Shown in pieces: positions 1 through 9,048 of a stretch of DNA of 64,000 nt. The notes under the pieces were generated by a model. The model did not search any database. It was not told the origin of the DNA and saw only the letters and a program-made list of their open reading frames with translations. Numbering within the stretch: the first letter of the stretch is position 1; the number at the start of each line of letters is the position of its first letter. The stretch is from an uncultured Acidobacteriota bacterium (GTDB taxonomy: Bacteria > Acidobacteriota > UBA6911). Position numbers and translations under genes: made by a program. The stretch lies in the NCBI GenBank assembly GCA_963843575.1, contig CAWJKZ010000017.1, forward strand, positions 32,001-96,000. The letters run 5' to 3'.

Positions 1-1397
1 GACGCGACGATCAGCCCCCGGCCCACCTGCAGGGCCTGACGGTTCACCTTCAACAGCTCGGGGCGCATCCCATGTTCGACCAGGGCCGAGAGGATGGATT
101 CCGGGTCCAGCGTCCGGGTTTCCTGCAGAAAGGCCCCCAGCATGACCATGTTGGCGACCTTGGGATTGCCGATGTCGTTTGCGGCCTCGGTCGCCGGCAC
201 CCAGACAACCTTGATGTCGCTCCGCCGCGGGCCATTTCGGACCATCGACGAGTTGAGCATCATGAGGCCGCCGGGGAGGATCTCAGGCTCGAAACGTTCC
301 ACCGACGGCTCGTTGAACGCCATCACCATGGCCGGGCGGTTGATCAGGGGCGAGGCGATAGTTTCGGGCGACAGCCGGACGTGGCAGTGGGCGGTGCCGC
401 CGCGCATCTCGGGGCCATAGGACGGGATCCACGATACCTGCAGCCCCTCGCGCATGCCCGCCTCCGCCAGGGCAATGCCGGCGAAGAGGACGCCCTGCCC
501 GCCAAATCCGCTGATCTTCAGGGCCATGGGTTTCATCCCGGCGTGCCCCGGGGCCACAGCCGGTGCCGCCGTTTCCTCGGGCGGAGGCTGCACCCTGGGG
601 CTGCGGTCCACGGCCGCTGGAACACCATTCCCTGCGCGCTCACGGTACAAACCGGGCGGAAACACCGGGAACATCGTCTTTTCCAGCCACTTGACGGCAT
701 CCGGCGGGGACAGCTTCCAGCCCGTCGGGCAGGCGCTGAGCACCTCGACGAACGAGAACCCTTTTCCCTGAGCCTGCGTCTGCAGCGCGCGGCGCACGGC
801 TTTGCGCGCCCGCATGTGCTGCTTGGCGTCGGTGAGCGCCACCCGCTCGATGTAGGCGGGGGCTTCCAGGGTCGCCAGCAACTCGCACATGCGCAGCGGA
901 TATCCGTCGGCGGCGCCGGAGCGTCCATAGGGAGAGGTGACGGTGCGGAGCCCGAGGGGGGTGGTGGGGGCCATCTGGCCGCCGGTCATGCCGTAGATGC
1001 CGTTGTTGACGAAAAACACCGTGATGTTCTCGCCGCGGTTCGCGGCGTGCAGGATCTCGTTGCCGCCGATCGCCGCCAGATCGCCGTCCCCCTGGTAGCA
1101 CAGGACCAGGCTGTCGGGCCGGAGGCGCTTGATCCCGGTCGCCACCGCGGGGGCGCGCCCGTGCGACGCCTGGACGTGGCCGACATCCATATAGTAGTAG
1201 GCGAACACCGAGCAGCCGACCGGATCCACCCAGATGGCCCGGTCCTGAAGACCTAAGTCGGTCAAGGCCTCCGCGACCAGCTTGTGCAGCACGCCGTGTC
1301 CGCAACCTGGGCAGTAGTGCGTCGTCTCCAGGTCCCCGCCCTTGCGCTCGAACAGCGGGTAGAAAGCCTCCGGCCTGCTATGCGTAGTTTCCCACAC
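1..1397 (-). CDS. 2-oxoacid:ferredoxin oxidoreductase beta(TPP)-gamma fusion subunit (VorA-like), runs off window edge
   Basis: Not in the ORF track (no stop in window). Manual translation from GTG 1397 gives [10 protein letters not shown]...PVGC...[10 protein letters not shown]...YQGDGD...[11 protein letters not shown] (beta/TPP), then [10 protein letters not shown]...[12 protein letters not shown] (gamma) in one frame. Overlaps the alpha stop. Confidence 0.9.
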   Translation of the reverse strand, partial: MWETTHSRPEAFYPLFERKGGDLETTHYCPGCGHGVLHKLVAEALTDLGLQDRAIWVDPVGCSVFAYYYMDVGHVQASHGRAPAVATGIKRLRPDSLVLCYQGDGDLAAIGGNEILHAANRGENITVFFVNNGIYGMTGGQMAPTTPLGLRTVTSPYGRSGAADGYPLRMCELLATLEAPAYIERVALTDAKQHMRARKAVRRALQTQAQGKGFSFVEVLSACPTGWKLSPPDAVKWLEKTMFPVFPPGLYRERAGNGVPAAVDRSPRVQPPPEETAAPAVAPGHAGMKPMALKISGFGGQGVLFAGIALAEAGMREGLQVSWIPSYGPEMRGGTAHCHVRLSPETIASPLINRPAMVMAFNEPSVERFEPEILPGGLMMLNSSMVRNGPRRSDIKVVWVPATEAANDIGNPKVANMVMLGAFLQETRTLDPESILSALVEHGMRPELLKVNRQALQVGRGLIVA

Positions 1398-2442
1398 ACT
1401 CGCTCTCCATCTCTTTCAGAACCGCATGGACATCCTCGGCGGTGGGCACCATGCCGCCCATCCTGCTCGACAGCCGAACGGGGGCGATCCCGTTTACCGA
1501 AAGCCGCACATCCTCGAGGAGCTGGCCGAAGCTGAGTTCCACGACCAGCACCGCGGAGGCATTCCCCGCGAGTTCGTGCAGACGCTTCATGGGAAACGGG
1601 TAAAGCGTGGTCGGGCGCATGAGACCGACGCGGATCCCCTCGGCGCGCGCCATTTCAACGGCGGAGCGGGCTACCCGGCTCGTGATGCCGTAACTCACGA
1701 CTACGATGGCGGCGTCCGCCGTCGCGTATTCCTCCCAGGAGCACTCCTTGGCTTCGACTTCCCTGTATTTCTTCTCGAGCTTCAGGATGTGCTGCTCCAT
1801 CGCCTCGTGTTGCAGGTAGATCGAGCTGATCAGGTTCTGCCGGCTCGCGGCCTCGCCGGTCACGGCCCACGGCTTTGCGGGAGCCTGGGCCGTCGTTTTC
1901 GGGAACACCACCGGCTCCATCATCTGGCCGAGGGCCCCATCGGCCAGCACGACGGCCGGATTGCGGTAGCGATCGGCGAGCTCGAAGGCCCGGATGGTGA
2001 AGTCGCACATCTCCTGGACGCTGTTGGGTGCCAGCACAATGGTGCGGTAGTTGCCGTGGCCTCCGCCCTTGACGATCTGGAAGTAGTCCCCCTGCTCCGG
2101 TCCGATGTTTCCGAGGCCCGGCCCGGCCCTCATGATGTCGACGATTACGCAGGGCAACTCGGCCCCCGCGATGTAGGACATGCCTTCCTGCATTAGGCTG
2201 ATGCCCGGTCCCGAGGAAGCGGTCATCACCCGGAAACCGGCCGCGGAAGCCCCGTACACCATCTGGATGGCGCCGATCTCACTCTCGGCCTGCAGGAATA
2301 CCCCGCCGGCCCTCGGGAACAGCAGCGCGGCACTTTCGGCGATTTCGCTCGCGGGCGTGATCGGGTACCCGAAATAAGCCCGGCATCCTGCCGCGATGGC
2401 AGCCTCGACGACGGCCTCGTTGCCTTTCAGCAAGCGGCGCAT
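1378..2442 (-). CDS. vorB: 2-oxoacid:ferredoxin oxidoreductase alpha subunit (2-ketoisovalerate oxidoreductase VorB-like)
   Basis: KGNEA...[37 protein letters not shown] motifs; GGAGG upstream of ATG 2442. Confidence 0.9.
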   Translation of the reverse strand: MRRLLKGNEAVVEAAIAAGCRAYFGYPITPASEIAESAALLFPRAGGVFLQAESEIGAIQMVYGASAAGFRVMTASSGPGISLMQEGMSYIAGAELPCVIVDIMRAGPGLGNIGPEQGDYFQIVKGGGHGNYRTIVLAPNSVQEMCDFTIRAFELADRYRNPAVVLADGALGQMMEPVVFPKTTAQAPAKPWAVTGEAASRQNLISSIYLQHEAMEQHILKLEKKYREVEAKECSWEEYATADAAIVVVSYGITSRVARSAVEMARAEGIRVGLMRPTTLYPFPMKRLHELAGNASAVLVVELSFGQLLEDVRLSVNGIAPVRLSSRMGGMVPTAEDVHAVLKEMESECVGNYA

Positions 2443-2479
2443 TGAAACGCCTCCCTCCTCGACAGACGGCAAACGCGGA

Positions 2480-2725
2480 TTACGCGGACGCCGCCTTCTC
2501 TTCCCTGAAAACCCGAACCGTCACCGCGCCCGGTTCGGGACACACGTAAAAGCAGATACCGCAACCGGTGCATCCCGAACCCGTGTATGAAATTGCATAG
2601 TAACCCTGCCGGTTCAGGAAATTGCTCTGGACCAGCACCCCGGGCGGACAGGCCACCGTGCAGAGGCAGCACCCTTTGCACAGGTGAGCCGCGATCTGTA
2701 CGTCGCCTCGTCCAGCGTTGCCCAT
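2480..2725 (-). CDS. 2[4Fe-4S] ferredoxin (OFOR delta subunit)
   Basis: [12 protein letters not shown] and [12 protein letters not shown] motifs; GGAG RBS; first gene of the OFOR operon. Confidence 0.92.
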   Translation of the reverse strand: MGNAGRGDVQIAAHLCKGCCLCTVACPPGVLVQSNFLNRQGYYAISYTGSGCTGCGICFYVCPEPGAVTVRVFREEKAASA

Positions 2726-2767
2726 AACTCCTCCAGCGAAACCGGCTATTTACACCGGTTAAATAGA

Positions 2768-2783
2768 GGCAATCCCCGTTCCC
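2768..2783 (-). promoter_or_regulatory. Putative sigma54 -24/-12 promoter for the OFOR operon
   Basis: Minus strand GGGAACGGGGATTGCC has GG-N10-GC spacing, about 43 bp upstream of the ferredoxin ATG. Confidence 0.5.
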
Positions 2784-2885
2784 GCGCAGGCGACGCAGCC
2801 GGGATCTGGACGGCACCTCGTTATCCTTGTGTTTCAATATATTACCTCATCGCCCCTGCCGCATTCCAGACTTGGCGGCCGTACG

Positions 2886-2905
2886 GCTGAGTCAAATGAC
2901 CCAGC
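2886..2905. promoter_or_regulatory. Palindromic candidate enhancer (bEBP) site
   Basis: GCTGAGTCA-AA-TGACCCAGC (one mismatch), roughly midway between the two sigma54-like promoters; IHF-like TTTCAATATATTA at 2832-2844. Confidence 0.45.
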
Positions 2906-3031
2906 GGTGCGCCGGGTAGCGTAAACCGGGAGGGCCGGGCCGACGTTCTCCGCCGCTGCGCCCATGGCTTCAGTTCCTTCCGTCCTATGGTTTTGCTGCC
3001 CTGTGCCGCTGGCGGCGGGTCGCGGGATGGC

Positions 3032-3048
3032 TTGGCAAGCGAGTTGCA
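3032..3048 (+). promoter_or_regulatory. Putative sigma54 -24/-12 promoter
   Basis: TTGGCAAGCGAGTTGCA matches TGGCA-N6-TTGCA (GG-N10-GC), about 30 bp upstream of ATG 3080. Confidence 0.65.
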
Positions 3049-3079
3049 TCCGTGATCGGACAGGGTTTGCGGCAATCTT

Positions 3080-3481
3080 ATGATTAAGACAAGCGTGCTC
3101 GTCGTCGAAGACGAGAAACTCCTCAGTTGGTCTCTGGCCAAGTCGCTTGCGAAGTGGGGCTTCGAGGTGATGCCGGTTTTCAGCGGCAGCGACGCGGTCG
3201 CACAGCTCGAGAAGTGCGGCTACGACGTCGTACTGCTGGACTACCAGCTTCCCGACCTGGACGGCCTGGCGATCGCTCGAAAAGTGCGCGGAGTCCAGCC
3301 GAAGGCCTCGATCTTCCTGGTCACCGCCTTCCAGCTGAGCGAGCTGCCGGTCGAGGCGGGATTGATAGACGCCTACTTCAACAAACCCGTCGATCTGCAG
3401 CAACTGCGCCAAGCCCTGAGCAAAATCCCGGGCCGACCCGGGGGCGATACCCCGGTTGAAACGCAGGCCCGCCCGAATTGA
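3080..3481 (+). CDS. Single-domain response regulator (receiver only)
   Basis: VLVVEDE...VVLLDYQLPDLDGL...VTA...YFNKPVD CheY-like motifs. Confidence 0.92.
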   Translation: MIKTSVLVVEDEKLLSWSLAKSLAKWGFEVMPVFSGSDAVAQLEKCGYDVVLLDYQLPDLDGLAIARKVRGVQPKASIFLVTAFQLSELPVEAGLIDAYFNKPVDLQQLRQALSKIPGRPGGDTPVETQARPN

Positions 3482-3574
3482 AGCGGCGCCCGCGCTCCTC
3501 TGCAGCAGCCTACCACCTGGAATCTGCTACAATAGCGCTCTTTCGTGCAGCGACTCCCTTATCGACAGGCTCCT

Positions 3575-5476
3575 ATGGATAATGCGAAATCGGTCTGGCA
3601 AAACAGGATGACGGGAACCGGCGTTATCCTGGCCGCGCTCTCGATACTCTTTTTCATCAGCTTTCAGCTGATCGAGCTGATGCAGCCCACCAGCAACCCG
3701 TACACCGGGTTGTGGTCCTTCCTGGTGCTTCCCGCGATCCTGGTGGCGGGGCTGCTCATGATCCCGCTGGGCGCCATGCTCGAGCGCAGGAAGAGGCGCC
3801 GCCTCTACCCGGACGTCAGCGAGTGGCCGCGGCTGCCGCATTTCGACCCCAACGACCCGCACCATCGCCGTCTGCTGACGATCTTCGCGCTGGGTACGCT
3901 CCTCATCATACCCCTGATCGCGATCAGCAGTTACGAGGGGTACCATTACACGGACTCGACGCAGTTTTGCGGGCAGGTCTGTCACTCGGTGATGCACCCC
4001 GAATACACGAGTTACCTGAACTCGCCGCACGCGCGCGTCAGCTGCGCGGCCTGCCACATCGGGCCGGGCGCCAACTGGTACGTGAAGTCGAAGATCAGCG
4101 GCGTGCGCCAGGTGCTGGCCGTCACGTTCAACACCTTCAATCGCCCCATCCACACTCCGATCAAGGACCTGCGCCCGGCGCGCGAGACGTGCGAACAGTG
4201 CCATTGGCCGGAGAAGTTCTTCGGGGCCCAGCTCCGGACCCGCGCCCACTTCTACCCGGACGAGAAGAACACCCGCGACGAGCTCCAGCTGCTGGTCAAG
4301 ACCGGGGGAGCCGAGTCGTCGATGGGTCCCGCCTCGGGTATCCACTGGCACATGGCCCTGAGTCAGAGGATCGATTACGTGGCCGTCGACGCCTCGCGCC
4401 ATGTGATCCCCTGGGTGCGCGCTGCGGACGCTGCCGGGAACGTCAAGGTCTACCGTTCGGACGGGAAAGGACCTCAGGACCCGCCACCCGCCGGGGAGCT
4501 GCGGCGGGTGGACTGCATGGACTGCCACAACCGGCCGACCCACGTCGTCCAGCCCCCGGATCGGGCAGTCAACATCAGCCTCGAAACGGGACGGCTCGAC
4601 CGCTCGCTCCCTTACATCAAGAAAGTTGCCGTGGAGGCGCTCGTGCAGCCCTACGCGGTCGAGTCCGAGGCCGACACGAAGATCGATTCCTATATTCGCG
4701 ACTTCTACGCGAAGCTCGACCCGGCTCTGGCCGGGACGCGCAAGGACTCGATCGCCCAGGCCGTCGACGAGGTCCGATCCGTATATCACAGGAACTTTTT
4801 CCCGCGCATGAAGGTGAGCTGGAGGACGTACCCCGACAACATCGGGCACATGGTGTTTGACGGCTGCTTCCGCTGCCACGACGGGCGCCACGTCGACGCA
4901 GGCGGGGTGGCCATCACCAGGGAGTGCCACGTCTGCCACGACTTCCTGCGGCCCGCCTCGGCGGGCCAGGCGCGGGAGTATGCGCAGGGGATCCCGCCCC
5001 ACCCGCTCAAGCTCGAGGGGCAGCACGCCGGACTGAACTGCACGGCCTGTCACACCGGGGGGCCCGCCCCCGAGCGGACCTGCGCCGGTTGCCACACCGA
5101 CCAGAGGCTCTTCAGACAGGGAAAGAAGCCCGTGCTGCCCGGCCTCTCGGGCACCCCGACCGCCGTCATGGCCGACCTCGATTGCGACGCCTGCCACGAC
5201 CTGAGCAAGCCGCAGACGCAGGCCAACATCGGCGCCCAGTGCGCCGGCTGCCACGACAAGTCTTACCCGGACATGATCCAGATGTGGAAAGACGACGCGG
5301 CAGCGGGCCGTGCGAAGGCCGCCGCCGCGATCCAGGGAGTGCAGCGCGACGCCGCGCTCGCCGCGCAGCTTCAGGGCGCCTTCGCCCAGGTGGACAAGGC
5401 CGTCGCCGTCCACAACACCGATTTCGCCGACGCGATCTACCAGCAGATCGTCAAGCTCGCCTCGGAGAAAAAATAG
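3575..5476 (+). CDS. Membrane-anchored decaheme c-type cytochrome, NapC/NirT (ImcH-like) family
   Basis: Three N-terminal hydrophobic helices; CGQVCH (CX3CH) plus 9 CXXCH (CAACH, CEQCH, CMDCH, CFRCH, CHVCH, CTACH, CAGCH, CDACH, CAGCH). Confidence 0.9.
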   Translation: MDNAKSVWQNRMTGTGVILAALSILFFISFQLIELMQPTSNPYTGLWSFLVLPAILVAGLLMIPLGAMLERRKRRRLYPDVSEWPRLPHFDPNDPHHRRLLTIFALGTLLIIPLIAISSYEGYHYTDSTQFCGQVCHSVMHPEYTSYLNSPHARVSCAACHIGPGANWYVKSKISGVRQVLAVTFNTFNRPIHTPIKDLRPARETCEQCHWPEKFFGAQLRTRAHFYPDEKNTRDELQLLVKTGGAESSMGPASGIHWHMALSQRIDYVAVDASRHVIPWVRAADAAGNVKVYRSDGKGPQDPPPAGELRRVDCMDCHNRPTHVVQPPDRAVNISLETGRLDRSLPYIKKVAVEALVQPYAVESEADTKIDSYIRDFYAKLDPALAGTRKDSIAQAVDEVRSVYHRNFFPRMKVSWRTYPDNIGHMVFDGCFRCHDGRHVDAGGVAITRECHVCHDFLRPASAGQAREYAQGIPPHPLKLEGQHAGLNCTACHTGGPAPERTCAGCHTDQRLFRQGKKPVLPGLSGTPTAVMADLDCDACHDLSKPQTQANIGAQCAGCHDKSYPDMIQMWKDDAAAGRAKAAAAIQGVQRDAALAAQLQGAFAQVDKAVAVHNTDFADAIYQQIVKLASEKK

Positions 5477-5478
5477 CT

Positions 5479-5525
5479 GGTGGGCAGGGGCGGCCCGGGG
5501 CGGGGTCGGGCCGCCCCCGCCCACC
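5479..5525. repeat. GC-rich REP-like hairpin between convergent genes (possible terminator)
   Basis: GGTGGGCAGGGGCGGCCCG...CGGGCCGCCCCCGCCCACC inverted repeat. Confidence 0.6.
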
Positions 5526-5542
5526 CAGTACCGCTTACATAA

Positions 5543-6334
5543 TTACTTCTCGGCGACCATCGCGATGAGGTAGCCGAAAAAGCCGGGCCACGCCCAGCGG
5601 GTCTCGACGAAATCGAACGGCCAGAGGAACAACGGGGAGAGGCGGTGCAGCGGGATGCCGCGGCTGAAGAAGAACAGGTCTGCCATCCGCAGGATCCCCG
5701 GGACGCTGAGTATCCCGGTGCGCCGGCTGACCCGGAGGCCGCTGCGGGCCACGACCTCGCGCAGTTCGCGGGCGCTGAAGCTCAACTCGGGCGAGTACGC
5801 ATATTTCCCGAAGCGGTCGAGCAGCGAGACCAGCATCGGCCGCAGGAACACATTCCACTTGTGGGGCACGCCGACGATCGCCTTGCCCCCCGGTCGGAGG
5901 ACCCGGCAGATCTCCCCCACGGCCTGCTGGTACTCGTCGATGTGCTCGATGGTCCCCATGGTGTAGACGAAATCGAAGCTCTCGGACAGGAACGGCAGGT
6001 CGCGTATGTCGCACTGGGCGATGTGCAGCGGGCCGCTGGCGTACACGGCGTTGTCGCGCGCCCGGGACGCCACCACGCGGCTGATGTCGATCCCGTAGGC
6101 TTCGGCACCCTGGTCGCGCATCCAGTGGAGGATGCGGGTGTTGATCGCCTCGTTCCAGAGATCCAGCTTCAGCACCCGCTTGCCCCGGAGTTGGCCGAAG
6201 CACCGCTGCAGCAGGGCGATCTCGCACCTCCGGTAATACTGGGTCGAGGAGGCGTGATAGAAGTCGGGCACCTTGTCCGCGACCGCGTCCCATTTCTTGC
6301 GCTGCTCCCGTCTCAGCTGTTCATCCACGTTCAT
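5543..6334 (-). CDS. Class I SAM-dependent methyltransferase
   Basis: YGIDIS, CDIRDLPFLSESFDFVY, EICRVLRPGG; motif I is atypical (VLKLDLWNEA). Confidence 0.85.
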   Translation of the reverse strand: MNVDEQLRREQRKKWDAVADKVPDFYHASSTQYYRRCEIALLQRCFGQLRGKRVLKLDLWNEAINTRILHWMRDQGAEAYGIDISRVVASRARDNAVYASGPLHIAQCDIRDLPFLSESFDFVYTMGTIEHIDEYQQAVGEICRVLRPGGKAIVGVPHKWNVFLRPMLVSLLDRFGKYAYSPELSFSARELREVVARSGLRVSRRTGILSVPGILRMADLFFFSRGIPLHRLSPLFLWPFDFVETRWAWPGFFGYLIAMVAEK

Positions 6335-7340
6335 TCGAACCTGCTTTCAGGAATTCAACTGTGCGCCGGACTCCTTCGCGGACCGGCAGCCATCGATACT
6401 CCAGCGCCTCGACCGCCCGGCTGGAGCTGAAGCACCAGTCCCGTGCCAGGGTTTCGACGGCCTGTTCGTACCCGGAGGCGCGCGGGAACCCCCGAACGCG
6501 ATCGGCCGCGCGGGCCGCCAGCCGGGTGCACGACAACGGGACCGAGGCGCGGACCAACGACGAGCTGCCGGCGGCCTCCAGGGCCGCCCGGTTAAGATCG
6601 CGGTGCGACCAGTCCTCGCCGCCCAGGATGTAGCCGGCGCCGACCGCCCCCGATCGCTCGGCCATGAGGATGCCGTCGACGACATCGGAGACAAAGACGA
6701 GGTTACGGCGGCACCGGCCGCCGCCCAGGACGACGTCGGCCCTGGTACGCAACAGCGCACGCAGTCCGCTGGTGACCCGGTTGGGATGGCTGCGTTCGTC
6801 CGGGCCGAAAACGATCGTCGGGAAAACTGTCACCGCCGGCAATCCCGAGGCGGCCAGCTCCTGGACCCGCAGGCAGCCCTCCTGTCGGGACCACTGGTAG
6901 CCGCCCGCAGGCGCGTCGGTCGAAAAACCGTCTGCCTCCGTCCGGGGCCGCGCGCCGCTGCCGAAAACCACGGCGCTGGAGACGTGCACAAACACGGCCA
7001 CCTGCGCCCGGGCGCACGTCTCGGCCAGCAGGCCGCAGCCAAGGACATTCGTTTCCCGGAACCTGTCCAGCGCCGCGGAGGGCCGGTTGCGCGCCGCCGC
7101 CAGGTGAAAGACCGCGACATCCCGGTTCAACCGGTTTCGATAGCTGGCCGGATCCTCGACGCAGCCGGGCAGGATCTGCAGGCGCGGGCCGACAAGGCCG
7201 CGCAACGCGTCCGGGGAGCGGCCCAGGGCCAGGACTTCCCGGTCGCCGCCCAAAAGCGCCCGTACCAGGTGCCTGCCGATGAAACCCGTCGCGCCCGTGA
7301 CCAGCGCCGGTCCTTCGGTGCGGCGGACTTCAGGGCGCAT
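6321..7340 (-). CDS. NAD-dependent epimerase/dehydratase (extended SDR)
   Basis: LVTGATGFIG, VFHLAA, FVHVSS; YxxxK is replaced by YQWSR. Confidence 0.85.
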   Translation of the reverse strand: MRPEVRRTEGPALVTGATGFIGRHLVRALLGGDREVLALGRSPDALRGLVGPRLQILPGCVEDPASYRNRLNRDVAVFHLAAARNRPSAALDRFRETNVLGCGLLAETCARAQVAVFVHVSSAVVFGSGARPRTEADGFSTDAPAGGYQWSRQEGCLRVQELAASGLPAVTVFPTIVFGPDERSHPNRVTSGLRALLRTRADVVLGGGRCRRNLVFVSDVVDGILMAERSGAVGAGYILGGEDWSHRDLNRAALEAAGSSSLVRASVPLSCTRLAARAADRVRGFPRASGYEQAVETLARDWCFSSSRAVEALEYRWLPVREGVRRTVEFLKAGSNERG

Positions 7341-8691
7341 CGCTCTCCTTCGATTGCAGGACCATGGGCGCCTGGAGGTCGCGGGCGTCTTCCCGGCGAC
7401 GTATCATGCGCAGCGCCCCGTCCTCCTGCAGGAGATGGACGGACGGGGAGAGCCCGGCGTAACGGCTCGCGCGGGATATCGAATACGCGCCAGCGTCGCA
7501 TAGCACCAGCACGTCCCCCTCCCGGCACACAGGGAGCCTGCGGCGCAGGTCGACGATGTCCGCGGTGTTCAGAGTGTTGCCCGAAAGGTGGTAGAAGCGC
7601 CGCTCGCGACCCGCGGGGAGCGATCCGTGCATTATCGTGCGGGAGAAAAGCAGCAGCGATTCCGGGAGAAAGTTGCGGCTGGCGTCCAGGAAAAGCCAGT
7701 TCCCCTCGGCCGCGATAATGCGCGTCACGAGAAAACCGGCATTACCCACTATCGACCGTCCCGGCTCCATTCCGATGGCCGGTGCCGCGTCGATCCCCGC
7801 CTCCCGCATCCGCTCCCGGTACTGCGAGGCGAGGGATGCGGCAAACTCGCGCAAGGCCTCCACGCCGCCGGCGGGCGGCGCCGCGTCGCCGAGCCTCGCC
7901 GCCAGAGTCTTCAGACCATTCCTGTGCAACGACTGCGAAGGGATGCCGCCGCCGAGATTAACCTCCTCCAGCAGAACGCCGAAACGCCTGCGAAGCTGCG
8001 CCGTGACCGCGCAACTCTTGCGCAGCAGGTTCGCGTAGTTCACGGGGGCGCCCTGTTGAGTCCCCCGGTAAAAATTGATGGCCGCGAGCGTCAGTCGGCG
8101 CGAGCGGCGAATGAATTCGGCTGCTGTGGGAACCGCGCGCGCGTCGAACCCGAGCCTCCGGGACATGAAATTCAGCGGCGACAACCTCAAGCGGCGGGAA
8201 TCGTTGCGCAACCGCAGCGAGACGCGCACGGAAACCTGTTCCCGCTCCGCCTCGCTTTCCAGTACCTGCAGGTCCTGGACGCGGTAAGCGTGAAAGAAGC
8301 GGACCCCGGCAGCGAGGGCGCTGCGGACTTCGCCAGGGACCGACACGGGCCGCTGATAGGCCACCTTCTCGGGGGGAAACCCGCAGCTCAATGCCAGCTG
8401 CAGTTCTTCCGGATTCGACGCGAGCATGCCGCTCCCAAGACGAGCCAGCACCGAGAGAACCCCCGATTCGTTGTTGGTCTTGCCGCAGTAGCGCACCCGC
8501 ACCTCTGCGCCGGCGGAGGACAACCCTTCGCAGATCGCGGCATAGTTGCGCCTGAGGCGTGCCTCATCCAGGAGGAAAAACGGGGTGCCGAGCCGCTGCG
8601 CGAGGTCCACCACCGTAGTGCCCGACAGCAGGAGTTGTCCTTCGCGGTATTGGAACGGCGCGACTGCCTCGACACGGTTCTCCGGCAACAC
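7330..8691 (-). CDS. Fold-type III PLP enzyme (diaminopimelate-decarboxylase-like, divergent)
   Basis: GTPFFLLDE, YCGKTN (PLP Lys), NLGGG, EPGR, DAGAY motifs. Confidence 0.85.
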   Translation of the reverse strand: MLPENRVEAVAPFQYREGQLLLSGTTVVDLAQRLGTPFFLLDEARLRRNYAAICEGLSSAGAEVRVRYCGKTNNESGVLSVLARLGSGMLASNPEELQLALSCGFPPEKVAYQRPVSVPGEVRSALAAGVRFFHAYRVQDLQVLESEAEREQVSVRVSLRLRNDSRRLRLSPLNFMSRRLGFDARAVPTAAEFIRRSRRLTLAAINFYRGTQQGAPVNYANLLRKSCAVTAQLRRRFGVLLEEVNLGGGIPSQSLHRNGLKTLAARLGDAAPPAGGVEALREFAASLASQYRERMREAGIDAAPAIGMEPGRSIVGNAGFLVTRIIAAEGNWLFLDASRNFLPESLLLFSRTIMHGSLPAGRERRFYHLSGNTLNTADIVDLRRRLPVCREGDVLVLCDAGAYSISRASRYAGLSPSVHLLQEDGALRMIRRREDARDLQAPMVLQSKESDAP

Positions 8692-8784
8692 AATCCCTCA
8701 CACTCGCAGGCATGGCAATGGTTCGCAGATCTTACCCTAGCGCCCAACCCGGGACAATCGGTCTTCGAGATCCTTCGAGACTTA

Positions 8785-8928
8785 GTACCGATGTTCACGA
8801 ATACGCCAACGTATTTTTCAGGACGCGGATGCGCGCGGAATCTGCGTTCTGTTTCGGCTTTGGTTTTTCATCGCCCGTATTGTTCTGCGTCCTGAAAGAT
8901 ACGTCAGCGTACTTATGAAACTGTGTAC
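8785..8928. mobile_element. MITE, about 144 bp, with ~45-bp imperfect TIRs and TTA TSD
   Basis: C-TTA-[GTACCGATGTTCACGAATACGCCAACGTATTTTTCAGGACGCGGA ... TCTGCGTCCTGAAAGATACGTCAGCGTACTTATGAAACTGTGTAC]-TTA-G. Partial copies near 27330 and 56925. Confidence 0.75.
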
Positions 8929-9048
8929 TTAGAGTTTTCGAGGTGCTCTTTTAAAAACCCACCTCAAAGCCTCCAAGCACTCAAAGAATCTCGAAGGCCC
9001 GGGGGAAACTCGGGTAGAATCGCGCCAAACTCCAAAGGGGGGGGCAGA

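Noticed and set aside
7330-8691. Calling this gene lysA
   Set aside because: It lacks the catalytic Cys and HxGSQ motifs, and its context is not lysine biosynthesis.
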